In this document: positions 28,801-38,780 of the stretch, in pieces | Layout of the letters: each line of letters begins with the position of its first letter | Numbering within the stretch: the first letter of the stretch is position 1 | From: a virus | DNA length: 64,000 bases | Strand: one strand, 5' to 3' | IMG/VR virus record: IMGVR_UViG_3300045973_000529 | Span: 96,001-160,000 of that record | The notes under the pieces: model-generated | Databases searched by the model: none | Seen by the model: only the letters and a program-made list of their open reading frames with translations | Told to the model about the DNA's origin: nothing | Program-made: the position numbers and the translations under genes

Positions 28801-31800
28801 GTGTACGAAGCTGGGCTACCGGCCGGGGTGATCCGTCTTCCATTCTTGGCAGATGTGCTGAACATCAACAAGGACATCCAGACGGTTGTTGATGTTCGAG
28901 CTGCGTCCGTCGCCAATGTACCACCACCAATTTCTGGCGCCCTGACGATCGACGGTGTCGCACTGTCGATTGGCGACAAGGTGTTGCTGAAGAATCAAAC
29001 AACTCTACCAGGTGGTTCCACTGCGAATGGGATTTGGGTTGTGTCCGCTGGCACTTGGGTGCGGCACGCTGACTACGACACAATTGCGGAAGTGAATAGT
29101 ACGTACGTAGTGCGTGTCAATGCTGGTACGCAAGCCAACAGCCTCTGGACACGGACATTGCCGCTGGATCCGTACACATACACACGTCTTGCAAACGTTG
29201 AGGTTGTAAATGGAAACACACTGCTGGTGGTGAATGCAGGGGCACTTGATGTTGTTGGCTACGGACCAGCTGCTCCCAAGTTCAATCCAGTGAAGCTGTT
29301 GAACTACGTCGATGCTGAAATGGTTGAGGAGATCCCAATCTGGCACCCAGCCGCCGGTCAACACGCACCAGTCGCAATGGAGTCAGTGAACATCGTCTCG
29401 ACCAAGGATCCGGCACGGTACAACAAGTCGACGCTGGTGACGGGGAACAGCAACTACGATCCACTACGGATGTGGGGTGCCAATGAAGTTGGTCGTGTCT
29501 GGTTTGACACTACGAGCCTCGAGTACCTGCCGTACTGGGACGCCAAGATCTACACGACCGTCGATGAGCGACTGGCGCGTTGGGGGACCCTAACCGACTA
29601 CGCTTCGGTGGATGTGGTTGAGTGGGTTGAGAGCACAGTTGCACCATCGTTGTACGATGCCCAAGCGGCGATCGATGCTGGCAACTCGGATCTGGACGCT
29701 CACACCCGTGCTGAAGGTACGGTGTACGGTGCCAAGACCTACCAGCGTGAACGTGTTTGGAACGTGTACCCTATCTTCTGGAGCCATGCTGCAGTTGCGG
29801 CAGAGGAAGCGCACCCACAGCCACTTGGGTCCTACGATTCGAATTTGTTCTTTACGGCGACCACCCCAGTGCTCGCGTATCTGGAAAGTAAGACATTCTT
29901 GCAGTGTGGTATTGGAGCTAGTGCTCGGCTTGGAGCTTGGCAAGATGATGTTACTCAGAACATTCAGCGCCCCTTGAGCGAGTACGTCGTGCTGGATGGA
30001 TTCACGAAGCACTTTGAGGGTATCCCGACCACAACCGTGAATTTTACGCAATCAAGCTACGCCCCTACGAGCACGTTGGCTGCTAAGGTATCCTTGACGG
30101 CCACCACTCACACTGAAACCATTGGGCAACTCTTGTTCGTCTTCGACTCCGTCGATTTGATTGCTACCCAATTGCGTGATGCTGACGGGCTGCTTACGAC
30201 AGCTTGGGACATTGCAACATACGTGCGGGTGATCGTGAACGGGGCTACGGAGATTTTCCAAGTTCGAAATGATCGCGGCACTGGTAGCACTTCTGCCGCG
30301 GCAATTGCAAGTGCCACGTTTGCAACATTGGCTGGACAGACATTCCAGTTCACCATTCCAGCTTACGGACTGCAGCTCACAGTAACCTCTCAATCAGCTG
30401 GTACACACAACACCACAATGCTTGCGGCTTTTATCGAAGCTGCTCTTAGTGGTAGCGTAACAATGTTCGATGCTGTCACTGTGGAAGCTGTGGTCAATCT
30501 CGACACCACGACGCTTGCTGAAGCTGGAATTAGCATTGGCGCATCGCACGGGTTCAGTAATACCAGCGATGCTAACGGGCAAATTCCAGACCCACTTTAC
30601 ACGGCAAACAGTGGTGTGGGTTGGCGTGCCTGGTCAGTTCCAACACAGGCGCAGTTGGATGCTGACTCGGTTGTTCCTAATAGCTCATGGTTGCCTTATG
30701 TTGGCATTCCTTATTCCTTCACACATGCAGCTGTCCCGATCGGTATCGTGCAAGACGCTGCAGCTGGAGCTTCGTACTCGTTGAACGACGGCACCACCAT
30801 CGAACGGTACTCAACAACCTGGAGTGACTGGACCGAGCTGCAACAAGCCATGATTCGTCAGACCCAGACGGCATTGGGTGTTCCGTCAATGACCATCGCA
30901 GTGCCAATTGTTTCAAGCGACCGTGTCTCCGTGTACGTGAACGGTGTTGCACAGCTCACTGGCACGTACACTCTGTCAGGTGGCACTCTCACTGTGCTTA
31001 GTGTTCCATACGGACACAATGTCACGGTCATCATCCGTGCGTACTCACCGTCGATCAAGGAGCTCGCATTTGATCCAGCAGCGAAGGATGATCTGCTGGT
31101 CCAGCGCCAGTACAAGACGGACTACCAGTACGTCGAGATCCCGGTGCGCGATAGTGCTGGTGCGTTGTCACTGACGAAGTACTACTTCTGGGTCAAGAAC
31201 CGTGCCACTGCAGCGCCGAAGAACAATCTGTCCGTGAAGGCTGTGACACAGCTCCTGACGAGCGGTCCGTCGCAGTACCTGACGTTCCAAAGCATCAACA
31301 GCTCTGCTCCGTTCGCGTACTCAGGGGTCGCCATTGCTGGGTTGAACTACTTGGTGACGAAGGACAACACCTTCAAGCTTCGCTTCACACGGAACTTCAC
31401 TCTGCGGGATGACCCAAATCAACTCGATCTGAAGGACACGCACGTTGAGTGGTCGCTGATCCGTCCAGGACAGCGCACCAAGATCCCTGAAGCCCTGTGG
31501 CTCAAGCTCACCAACACCGCTTGTGGTCAAGATCCAGCTGGAAACACGCTGCCATCGCCACGTCGAACAGCGTACGACGAGCGGAATGGAACCAAGACAC
31601 AGTTCGGGTTTGCTGATGACCAAGTGCTTGCTCCACCCGAGATGGTGCAAGTAACCTTGCTCTCCACGATCCTAAATACTCGGCTGGTGGATGATAGCGG
31701 CGTAGTGACTATTCCTGACTACATTGGGTTCCTGGACTTTGACCAGTACCTGACGTGGTTCGATACACCAGCACACACGCGAAACACCCTGACACGCATT

Positions 31801-31965
31801 TGGAACGAGGCGAAAGTGAGCCAGATCAATGAACTGTTCTTCGCAGTCCTTGAGGACATTGTTGCGGCGAACTATGAGCTGTCAGACGTGTTCAAGACTT
31901 CTCGCTTGAGCGCATACTCGATCAAGATCGTGCGTCCTAGCACCAATGCAACGGTGTACGAATGA
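22879..31965 (+). CDS. very large virion protein (baseplate wedge/tail), 3028 aa
   Basis: Late promoter; three IDG..L..GD.VL(L)KNQ-type fibre modules; W/Y-rich conserved termini. Confidence 0.75.
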   Translation: MAKDYHLPYLDLTNLVPSQQRNPMVKSLIDNLFNRFLTQDESVPLYGYVGVKPASVDDSTPKIMQSTVERDVNSLVPVLSFTAGQETFSYTPQDLIRKAEVLGVSADQSSWLYSQGNNYCPPIDFDRFTNFFNYYWVAKALPTVPVLPWNPTAAPEYYIMARPAPADLDKLNVHVATTTTVVLTGSGYYDQTWTVTFLTPTTFMIQANGSTIGFAPGEDLQGPFILPDLPPVSAPGPYPTIIDTFQFSIASSVEPLLIFNVVRDAILDNSGGPYAYEGFEAGDAFLIDAPFLSSTYSVSFSGGPGQKGKISGVNSLDTFQTIDGRVLQVNDRVLVRHGSPSDQGIYAVQSGAWVRTADFDDSTGTAQAGARVFVVNGSQADTLWVSFASGGGFGWTSTVNTVSNTSNWQEGNYWVHRDALTGVDLTKIVQASRPIIEFSANLKLNTRVASTGLPTDTGGTLYEQVKTEFNQAPLFDLYRYDGSHAHCVSPIFFYVEDATEAIDTVLQRRVKHSSNLSGDFLFDHGLRDTAGQLFYKDTSGALHSIWHPGYSSPSVIDTVYEGVGAGTIVLGAGANAFASQQIWTLVAETPTTFSVSGSKNKTLPTPYDVLTVGTPYSNGLFNATLFAGAIPFVAGDTYQFSFGNFETTRYVYRETNNQLYDLFGGPALDSDGIGAWQTPRMFFHNFAAASGGELPEGTLYSHFRGILANQLPGAVQDNAFGGSIKLWSEQENLLAALLMQRDVTPISMIDMAQQQYQVALNSVTDIYLSNILKYFSEVEVLNRPSDTAELLDYILAIRVQDNEVRTVLYDSTSPVPGFPATLPQLGVLPLVLPGAVFDDELGATLFQHHDGHLSSFFEQTPAFRDQFLGANTTIVRSDGLVTPAVGSYTTTAPAMPYKGLLWQYPGVDTEFRVFDVVSDSFIAPAAAGLVTGDYWYNRGVNILYRWAGAWVVEPNMLAPWVTINIAELLNDLIEAVETRLYYGISSAQRQYFSASDVKTAVNGPLGTQLQRELATWAAQNQFDPLAPDFVSTDAFTWNYSSSTLMAAMTPPFPARWFDVLRAHQATFGALVIPTARPNLEPWKLLGNPTKPSTWDTTWKNPVTPSDVAADASYANSWNVTVVKYSATNITTALTGLPTIDGVVLSAGQAVLLVSEGVAANNGVWVVSSGPWTRSAVVPMTLHTVVTVDRGTLFSGTSWALTTVTPLTFTQIRLWKSTMWTSIAASRPTLKLSVDVNRDALLPPYVSASLPWSSNALTTTMPSNPSAAYTFGQNSPVETVWKKTVDYRYALARALFRSAPLSFLGNCWGFEWQEVDGILYDGFDMAMPGQPNFRLHGDTISDVTRTAPFTAGLITSTAAYTLTIKHDGYTAARRQAFSVYDQNGVFVTTLLEGVATSMSNAGFTFTNVKIEDEGKPFRVGDTFTVTGSANGTGLSAVLTQANYHQINGFGQTFTQALRASSIDTSAGYAIQAFRNFNVNLGYRAGGLVNTDDLRVYSESVELPSSSYQLRFKKSQYANDLWLQALRITVVQPGAATVQGDRYYPAGDASDWVFRIEGYNTRYLGLQYYPLGGEYSTFNALSKAHTTLAWKHHSDKLGTPISTQLPLIVTGLQNVVNILFGYALKLEEDGWVFNDPDASNIDEATGRVRNWQLEIEKLVDAVYTGLTFGQGHVCNPFIDKVWLQQPTGLLASFSDTSLFDVHAHPAVFDTLGVKLKTDDLTVLRQRGVSRISASVPMFSVHAQVDEYEHLFVFNDLSSPSTGEGTIYDPFSGARVVMLKLNGRRQGPGTMRPEFGGHYMSGDEVRKNFQAATQTISKYYDADAVFEDELSTRHALALLGFSPKQYMTDLDLNNNTQFNFWRGLIQMKGTNASIGAFLNNDRFEDAKIDEYWAYKVAEYGDSRSKIFPELKLTVDDTLQQFTKFLFDDAPAADFTSFVLIKSSDETRWFTLDDLSDTPVTFEAQVVGTYSADVSPATVYEAGLPAGVIRLPFLADVLNINKDIQTVVDVRAASVANVPPPISGALTIDGVALSIGDKVLLKNQTTLPGGSTANGIWVVSAGTWVRHADYDTIAEVNSTYVVRVNAGTQANSLWTRTLPLDPYTYTRLANVEVVNGNTLLVVNAGALDVVGYGPAAPKFNPVKLLNYVDAEMVEEIPIWHPAAGQHAPVAMESVNIVSTKDPARYNKSTLVTGNSNYDPLRMWGANEVGRVWFDTTSLEYLPYWDAKIYTTVDERLARWGTLTDYASVDVVEWVESTVAPSLYDAQAAIDAGNSDLDAHTRAEGTVYGAKTYQRERVWNVYPIFWSHAAVAAEEAHPQPLGSYDSNLFFTATTPVLAYLESKTFLQCGIGASARLGAWQDDVTQNIQRPLSEYVVLDGFTKHFEGIPTTTVNFTQSSYAPTSTLAAKVSLTATTHTETIGQLLFVFDSVDLIATQLRDADGLLTTAWDIATYVRVIVNGATEIFQVRNDRGTGSTSAAAIASATFATLAGQTFQFTIPAYGLQLTVTSQSAGTHNTTMLAAFIEAALSGSVTMFDAVTVEAVVNLDTTTLAEAGISIGASHGFSNTSDANGQIPDPLYTANSGVGWRAWSVPTQAQLDADSVVPNSSWLPYVGIPYSFTHAAVPIGIVQDAAAGASYSLNDGTTIERYSTTWSDWTELQQAMIRQTQTALGVPSMTIAVPIVSSDRVSVYVNGVAQLTGTYTLSGGTLTVLSVPYGHNVTVIIRAYSPSIKELAFDPAAKDDLLVQRQYKTDYQYVEIPVRDSAGALSLTKYYFWVKNRATAAPKNNLSVKAVTQLLTSGPSQYLTFQSINSSAPFAYSGVAIAGLNYLVTKDNTFKLRFTRNFTLRDDPNQLDLKDTHVEWSLIRPGQRTKIPEALWLKLTNTACGQDPAGNTLPSPRRTAYDERNGTKTQFGFADDQVLAPPEMVQVTLLSTILNTRLVDDSGVVTIPDYIGFLDFDQYLTWFDTPAHTRNTLTRIWNEAKVSQINELFFAVLEDIVAANYELSDVFKTSRLSAYSIKIVRPSTNATVYE

Positions 31966-34900
31966 CCAACAAGAACTCGATCTATCTCGGAGCCCTGACC
32001 TCCTTCATTCTCGACACGAAGCCATACCACAGCAAGTTGACAGAAGTCCAGGAGGTCTACCAGTTCGCCGACACGGTGTCTGTGAAGATCGAGGAGCGGT
32101 TCACCCCGAACGTGCTCACCAAGGCTGCTTGGATGTACTCGTACTTCTCTGGTGGCATCCCTCAGATCAGCGCAAACGTTGGTCAACCAATGTCACTGCA
32201 TCAACTCACCAACCCGCTGGTGCGTGGCTACTCGCGGAACAGCGATCCAACGAACTCCCGTGGCGCGTTCAAGGCCTTCCGAGATGAGAACCTCGATCTG
32301 CCAATGGTGCCCTTTGCGTTTGATCCTAAGTGCCTTGGGGATGTTGGACTGAGCGATGCGTTCGTTCAACGGAACGGTTTGATTGCTCGAGACGAGCCAA
32401 TCACTGAAGGGCTTGATGTGTTCCTGACACATGGCGCCTTCGTGTTCCAAGTCAAGCAGGCAACGAGCACTCAACCACTGGTTGTTGGGCGCTTCGAGGA
32501 CACGTATGAGCTGACTGATGCTCCGTTCCCAAAAACAGTGAACCTGCCGTTCACCAATGCTGACTCACTTGTGATCGTCGCTGGTGAAGGGAACGCCACT
32601 CAACTGACCCTCAGCTCTATCCGAATCTCTGGTCCTGGTAAGGTCGTTGTCTTTGGATTGTCAGCTGCACCGAACTATGCGCCTCAGTACACTGAACGCA
32701 AGAACGAGAACCTGCTCGCAGTTGCAAGTGCCTCGTCGTTGGAGCTGGCTCTTGACACTGTGAATCCGCTCTCAGCGGTGAATCAGCTGATTGGCATCCT
32801 GAATGACATTACTTCGTGGTTGGTGATTCACCCGAACGCGAATGCGACCGCTGCCATCATTGCGCTGCAAGCAACGTTGGCTATTCCAGCAATGCCAACC
32901 TCATACGAGGCCCTCTTCCAAGCGCTTGTTCTTGGTGGCACACCAGTGCTAACCGGGTATACTGGTTGGGTTGGTCAGGATGCGACAGCTCCTTACGATG
33001 ACCTGTACGTCGATCAAGCGATCGCCGCTCTGTCGCCAGGGCTGGCGATGGGAATGTACTCGGACTTGGCACAACGCGAAAGCGGCAAGCTGCAGTACAA
33101 TGATCTGACTCAAGGGATCCTCACAATCAGCAACGTCATCGCTGATCCGATCCGCGTTGACTACGAAGAGTTCACGCTCGAAGCGATCAATCCAGACGTG
33201 CTGGCGATTCGCGGCTCAAGCACCGGTACAATTGGTGCTGTGCTCGTTGGTGACACCTTCTCGAGCACAGCGCTTGGATTCAGCACCGCACTGATTTCAC
33301 CAGTCATCAGTGCAACAGCAGTCACCGTTGGTCAGAACTACAAGATCATCGCCGCTGGCACCACGAACTTTGAGCTGATGGGCGCTGAGTCGAGTGACCC
33401 AGACACCATGTTTGAAGCAACTACAGTTGGCACCGGCACCGGAACCGTGCAGCAGCTTCTGAATGTCGGTGACGAATTCGTGCTGACGCCACTTGCAAAG
33501 GTCACGGTGCACTATCAGGCGCCGCTCGAGGCATGGAGCGTCATCAGCATCAACCCCCGAGCATACAGCCGACCGTTCCTGACGTCAACCCGGTACGGGT
33601 ACATCAGGAGCTTGTCGAACGTCAAGGGGTTCGTGACGATCCTCGACAACACGATTCCATCGACTACACTGGTGTTGACAGCGAACTCGGCGTCGTCGTT
33701 CACCATGACCTCGACCGCTGATCCAGCATACATTCGTGCTGTCACCGTGAACACCCTGTTCAATGACGGCAAGGTTGGCTTTACCGTGGTTGGCGGCACT
33801 GCCTATTCCTTCGCTGCGGGCGACAAGTTCTACATTGAGATCCAGAATGATGCTCCAGTGGCGCTTGATCTTGATCTGTTCTACGGGTACGACACTGAGC
33901 CGTATGATGCTGACACGATGGTGTACAACAGCATCAGCAGTGCCCTGACGAATTACCTGCAGAAGATTGGCTTCGGTTATGACAGCCGGTTCGTCGGCTA
34001 CGACGTTGCTGGTCTTGGCATGGTGATGTCTGAAGCTGCCGTTGACGGTCGCACTTGGCGGCTTCGTGCGTTGCCGAACCTGTCGTCACCTCTCAATCTC
34101 CAGAATGCGCACTCTCCGAACCCTGTGAACCAGGTGTCGGTGATTGCAACGAACAGCCCAACCAATCCAGCGGCCGCTGTGTTGTATGACATGGCGAACA
34201 ACACGACCAGCGAAGGCGTGCAATCTGGCAATGACCCAGACACGATCGCTGATCTGTTGCTGTACTACGCGACTTCGTTTGCTCTTGAGTACTACGACAC
34301 TGGAACCGAGACGTGGGTGAACGTTGGCACGGTTCCAGTTGGCAGCACGTACACGAACGCCACGCATGGCTTCACCTTCAAGATCCAGCAGGGTTCCAAG
34401 CCATTCATCTCTGGAATCCTGAACACCAGCTGGTACCCAGCAACAACTGGTACCTTCAGCACTGAGGTCACCACCAGCGGCGACATCATCTCGTGGACGG
34501 TGCACAATAACCTGCCGTTCCAGACTGAAGGCAGTGGGCTTACCAGCCGTCGAGCACCTCGGTTGATCATGTACGGCGAAGACTTCTATGAGTCGCCAGC
34601 CGCAAAATGGACGTTGACCTGGATCAGCAGCACTACGTATCGCCTTCAAGGCACGTACACCTCTGGTTTGCAGAACGGTCAGGCAGTGTTCACTGCCCCT
34701 GGCATCACGATCAACACGTCGTCTGATGGCCGTTCGTACAAGAACAGCACCATGCACTTGCACTACACGGTGGTGACTGGCAGTTCAGGTATGACGGCTG
34801 GCGATTCGCTGTCCTTCGAGACGTACGTCAAAGAACCAACGTTCCTGATTCACGGCTCGGTGTCTGGATGGCAGCCAGACGCGATCATCGATCAGTGGTA

Positions 34901-37900
34901 CTGGAACGGCAAGATTGGTTTCAAGATTCCACGCGCCAAGATCTATCGGTTCGATCCGGTTGATGGCACTCCGTTCGGCGAAGGTCCGTGGGCAGTGTCG
35001 AACGGCACCATCACCTGTACTCGTCTCCGGCCAGACACCCCAACCTCCTCGTATACCGTGACTTGCAACACTGCAGGGCATTGGATGCTGTTCCGCGACG
35101 GTGCATTGGTGAGCGATGGCACGACCTCTGTCAGTGATCTGTACCTCACTCTTGCGCTGCCCACTGCGGTTGTCGATGTGACTTATCGATTCGGTGTACG
35201 TGGGCATGACTACGCGATGGCTGAAGGACATGACCTGGCTATCATCAAGACGAGTGCCGGTCGATCGCCAACAGCCAATGACTTCGTGTTGCTTGAGCGC
35301 ACAACTGCTGATCACCTGCAGATCTCGATCCAACCAAAGGACACAGCGCACGGACAAGTGCTTGATGCGTTGGCACCAGTTGTAACGGACCTCCGGTTCG
35401 TGGACCACAACGCGAACTCGAACGTTCCGCTGTCGGCAACTTCTCCTGAAACAGCGGTGCTAACCGGGTGGTTCGGTATCACCGAAACGAAGCTTGATAG
35501 TACCACATCAACCGCTGAGTTCAGTGACCCTCTGAAGACCGTCGTGGTCCGAGCCACTGCTACGGGTGAAACTGTCGGTGTGGTGTCGTCACTGGGCACC
35601 ACGGCTGCTGAGCCGGTGATCTTCCGTTGGGATCCAGCCTTCCACGCCAAGTACCTGCCACTGAACGCTCAAGCTACTGTGGTGACCCTTGGCTCTGGTA
35701 TGAACGAGGCGGTGCACGTGAACATGCACGATGCCGCCATGTTCTTGCTCGGTGGCGGTGGTTTGTCAACTGAAGCGTTCTTCACGGACGTTGCACAGGT
35801 TGCCTTCGTTGAGAATGGGCATCAGTGGGCAATGAACTTCAGCTATGGCGATGATGTCGGTGCTGCAGTGGCTGATACCGGGTTCACTGGGTTCTTGCCT
35901 GGCTACGACAACGTGCCGATGGACTTTGAACTTGGGGTTGGTGATGTGAACTCCGAAGCCGCGGCTTCGGGGTACTACGATGCTGGTGTTCCACTGACTG
36001 AGTACTTCCTGCAAGCTCAGTCACTGGCGCTGCTGCCGTCAATGACACCACAACAACAGGCGCTGTTCAATGATCTGACCAATGTTCTGTTCCCGTACCT
36101 CGACGGTGGTGATGTCATCACAACCACGATGGTTGAGTTCCTTGCGAACGTTGGTGCCTCGACTACGGTTCCAGTGTTCAACAACATCGTGAACTGGACT
36201 GGCACCACCAATGGTTTCGGCATTCCAGACGTCGGCATGGGCATGGACATTGGTGAGACCCCGGTCAATACTGTCGGCACTGCGTTCGACGAAAGTCTGG
36301 CGATTCTTGCCATTGATCAGGCGTACACCTTTAGCGTTGGAACCTATGGTCAGGGTGGGTACGACGCTGCGTTCTCTGACACCATCTTCGTGACGTCACC
36401 AACGCTGCCGCCTTCACCTGTTTCAGGGCTCCCATCAGTCGGTACCACTTACGCGAACTACAACGCAGCAATGGAAATCGGTCTGCCTGGAGCGCACAAC
36501 ATCGAAGTGTCGTTCCTATCCGCTCTGCTGAACACACCTAACTTCTACATCTGGCGCCCAACAGACGTCTCACCGATGGTGGTTTCGGTCGTTGAGCGAC
36601 TGACGGACCGTGCCTTCCGATTCTCTGTGCCTGTTGGTGGCGAGATGAAGCTCATTGCTATTCCGAATTTGTACTACAATCCAGCTGACGCGAACGTGAA
36701 GCTCTTGCTGCACGGTGAAGGCACTGTTGGAACTGGCACATACATCGATTCGTCATCGTACAACCGCACGATGGCTGCAACTAGCAGCGTCGTTGTTCTT
36801 TCAACAGCGCAGCACTATCGCGGTCTGAGCTCATTGAACGTCATCGGGAATGTGAACTTCTCGACCCCAGCGCTGACCACGAACGAGTGGCTGTCGATGG
36901 GCACCACTGCCAATCCGCTCACCATCGAAATGGCGGTACAAGTTGCCGCTGGCAATCCAGGCGGCGTTCTGGCTGGCAATCCAGCGTTGACTGGTGGTAA
37001 CTTCGGTTGGTGGAAGTTCACGTTGGCGACTGACGTCGGCGTCGGTACCCCAACTCCTCGCATCATTCTTGCGTACAACGGTGGAACAGCATTCGTGCCG
37101 CTCACTGGTTGGACACACGGCACCGGCACCTGGCACATGATTGCCATCGCAATGCGTGGCACAACGAACTACGAGTTTGGCGTCTGGATGGATGGTGTCT
37201 GGAAGGGGTCTGCTACGCTGGCCAATCCAATCGTGACGCCGTTTGGACCTATCGACAGCGAGCTGAACCTTACCCGCTCGCAGGGTAATGACCAGTTCCT
37301 CGGTTATCTGGATGAAGTTCGCATCAGCAATGAGCTCTTCCTCCCATGGGGCAGCAACTACACACTGTGGCCATCTGAGTTCCCGAATCCGCCAGTGCCA
37401 GTTCCGACTGCACTTGCCTTGTGGCATGCTGAAGACCTGCTCGATAGCACAGCGAACAACGTGGACATCACCTCGGGCAATGCCACGGTATCGGCCGTCG
37501 ACAAGAAGTTCGGCACCAATTCGTTCTTCTTCAACAGCACGTACCTGCTGGCACCGTCAAATGCAGCACTCAATCTTGGCACTGGGGACTTCACTGTCGA
37601 AGCCTTCGTGAAGCATCAAACCGGTACCTCCGGTTTCGGCGGCATCATCAGCGCAAACAGCGGCTCATCGCGAGTGTACCTCTTCGTTCAAGGACCAACA
37701 CAGGCTCTCGGCTTCGGTGGTGACACGATGCCTGACTTCTCGACAGCAGCAAACACGCTGACAGCAAATGTCTGGCATCACGTTGCTGTCACCCGTCAGG
37801 GCACGACCCTGCGCCTGTTCGTTGATGGAATTCTTGGCAATACGGCAACTTGCGGTGTCACGGCACTTGCAAACTTCAGTGCAGGTGGCACATTGATTGG

Positions 37901-38045
37901 CACTGCAAACGTTGGCTTCGGCACTGCACCGCCAGTGAACGCCAATCAAGCGTATGTGGGCTACATTGACGAAGTTCGTGTTGTTGGTTCCTGCTTGTAC
38001 GCTGCGAATTTCGTCCCGCCGACTATCCCATTCACGGCAGTCTGA
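31962..38045 (+). CDS. large baseplate/fibre protein with two C-terminal LamG/concanavalin-A-like domains, 2027 aa
   Basis: TIEMAV...WHMIAI...YLDEVRIS and FTVEAFV...WHHVAVTR...LFVDG...GYIDEVR repeats. Confidence 0.75.
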   Translation: MTNKNSIYLGALTSFILDTKPYHSKLTEVQEVYQFADTVSVKIEERFTPNVLTKAAWMYSYFSGGIPQISANVGQPMSLHQLTNPLVRGYSRNSDPTNSRGAFKAFRDENLDLPMVPFAFDPKCLGDVGLSDAFVQRNGLIARDEPITEGLDVFLTHGAFVFQVKQATSTQPLVVGRFEDTYELTDAPFPKTVNLPFTNADSLVIVAGEGNATQLTLSSIRISGPGKVVVFGLSAAPNYAPQYTERKNENLLAVASASSLELALDTVNPLSAVNQLIGILNDITSWLVIHPNANATAAIIALQATLAIPAMPTSYEALFQALVLGGTPVLTGYTGWVGQDATAPYDDLYVDQAIAALSPGLAMGMYSDLAQRESGKLQYNDLTQGILTISNVIADPIRVDYEEFTLEAINPDVLAIRGSSTGTIGAVLVGDTFSSTALGFSTALISPVISATAVTVGQNYKIIAAGTTNFELMGAESSDPDTMFEATTVGTGTGTVQQLLNVGDEFVLTPLAKVTVHYQAPLEAWSVISINPRAYSRPFLTSTRYGYIRSLSNVKGFVTILDNTIPSTTLVLTANSASSFTMTSTADPAYIRAVTVNTLFNDGKVGFTVVGGTAYSFAAGDKFYIEIQNDAPVALDLDLFYGYDTEPYDADTMVYNSISSALTNYLQKIGFGYDSRFVGYDVAGLGMVMSEAAVDGRTWRLRALPNLSSPLNLQNAHSPNPVNQVSVIATNSPTNPAAAVLYDMANNTTSEGVQSGNDPDTIADLLLYYATSFALEYYDTGTETWVNVGTVPVGSTYTNATHGFTFKIQQGSKPFISGILNTSWYPATTGTFSTEVTTSGDIISWTVHNNLPFQTEGSGLTSRRAPRLIMYGEDFYESPAAKWTLTWISSTTYRLQGTYTSGLQNGQAVFTAPGITINTSSDGRSYKNSTMHLHYTVVTGSSGMTAGDSLSFETYVKEPTFLIHGSVSGWQPDAIIDQWYWNGKIGFKIPRAKIYRFDPVDGTPFGEGPWAVSNGTITCTRLRPDTPTSSYTVTCNTAGHWMLFRDGALVSDGTTSVSDLYLTLALPTAVVDVTYRFGVRGHDYAMAEGHDLAIIKTSAGRSPTANDFVLLERTTADHLQISIQPKDTAHGQVLDALAPVVTDLRFVDHNANSNVPLSATSPETAVLTGWFGITETKLDSTTSTAEFSDPLKTVVVRATATGETVGVVSSLGTTAAEPVIFRWDPAFHAKYLPLNAQATVVTLGSGMNEAVHVNMHDAAMFLLGGGGLSTEAFFTDVAQVAFVENGHQWAMNFSYGDDVGAAVADTGFTGFLPGYDNVPMDFELGVGDVNSEAAASGYYDAGVPLTEYFLQAQSLALLPSMTPQQQALFNDLTNVLFPYLDGGDVITTTMVEFLANVGASTTVPVFNNIVNWTGTTNGFGIPDVGMGMDIGETPVNTVGTAFDESLAILAIDQAYTFSVGTYGQGGYDAAFSDTIFVTSPTLPPSPVSGLPSVGTTYANYNAAMEIGLPGAHNIEVSFLSALLNTPNFYIWRPTDVSPMVVSVVERLTDRAFRFSVPVGGEMKLIAIPNLYYNPADANVKLLLHGEGTVGTGTYIDSSSYNRTMAATSSVVVLSTAQHYRGLSSLNVIGNVNFSTPALTTNEWLSMGTTANPLTIEMAVQVAAGNPGGVLAGNPALTGGNFGWWKFTLATDVGVGTPTPRIILAYNGGTAFVPLTGWTHGTGTWHMIAIAMRGTTNYEFGVWMDGVWKGSATLANPIVTPFGPIDSELNLTRSQGNDQFLGYLDEVRISNELFLPWGSNYTLWPSEFPNPPVPVPTALALWHAEDLLDSTANNVDITSGNATVSAVDKKFGTNSFFFNSTYLLAPSNAALNLGTGDFTVEAFVKHQTGTSGFGGIISANSGSSRVYLFVQGPTQALGFGGDTMPDFSTAANTLTANVWHHVAVTRQGTTLRLFVDGILGNTATCGVTALANFSAGGTLIGTANVGFGTAPPVNANQAYVGYIDEVRVVGSCLYAANFVPPTIPFTAV

Positions 38046-38053
38046 CCCCGACG

Positions 38054-38059
38054 TAAATA
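38054..38059 (+). promoter_or_regulatory. late promoter TAAATA
   Basis: GTAAATAG intergenic. Confidence 0.8.
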
Positions 38060-38084
38060 GGGAACTACTCAAGGGACTCGCTCC

Positions 38085-38723
38085 ATGCAAGAAACTCTCA
38101 ACACTAAGGTCTCTGGTCACGTCCTCGTAAAGGACGACCAGGGGCAGGTTCTAGTGAACAAACTGAACGCGATTCACCCAGGAAACATGGCTACGGCGAT
38201 TGCCCGTGGGCTGTCGAATGCGGCGCACAGCCAGATCTGGAAGATGAAGCTCGGCAATCAGGGCACGTACGTTGACTCAAGTCAGCAGATCGTGTTCCGT
38301 CCGCCGAACACCACTGGTGTCACTGCCGATCTGTACAATCCGACGTACTACGAGATCGTTGACGACGCTGACTCTGGGGTTGGTGTTGGCAATAGCGTGA
38401 CGTTCACGAACATTCCACTCAGCACCAGCACTCGGGTGATCATCACTTGTGTGATCTCGGCAAACGAAGCCGTGAACCGCCCAACTGACCAATCGGACAC
38501 GATCACGACTTCATCAGGTGGTCTTGACGGCGTTGATGCAACACCGACCGAAGGCACGTACTTCTTCGATGAGCTTGGGCTCTTCACTGAAGGTATTGGT
38601 ACACCTAGCATCTTGAATGAAACAGATGAACTGATGCTCTCTCACCTCGTGTTCTCACCAATCGAACACACGGGGAACAGAGAACTTACCATCGTCTATA
38701 CCCTCACCATCACAGTGACCTGA
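38085..38723 (+). CDS. baseplate/tail-collar-type structural protein
   Basis: FDELGLF...LSHLVFSPIEH...LTIVYTL motif of fibre-attachment proteins. Confidence 0.65.
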   Translation: MQETLNTKVSGHVLVKDDQGQVLVNKLNAIHPGNMATAIARGLSNAAHSQIWKMKLGNQGTYVDSSQQIVFRPPNTTGVTADLYNPTYYEIVDDADSGVGVGNSVTFTNIPLSTSTRVIITCVISANEAVNRPTDQSDTITTSSGGLDGVDATPTEGTYFFDELGLFTEGIGTPSILNETDELMLSHLVFSPIEHTGNRELTIVYTLTITVT

Positions 38724-38746
38724 TACAGTGGTCTAACGCGTGGCCC

Positions 38747-38752
38747 TAAATA
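38747..38752 (+). promoter_or_regulatory. late promoter TAAATA
   Basis: CTAAATAG intergenic. Confidence 0.8.
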
Positions 38753-38780
38753 GGCTCGCAACCTCACGTTCAGGATAACC

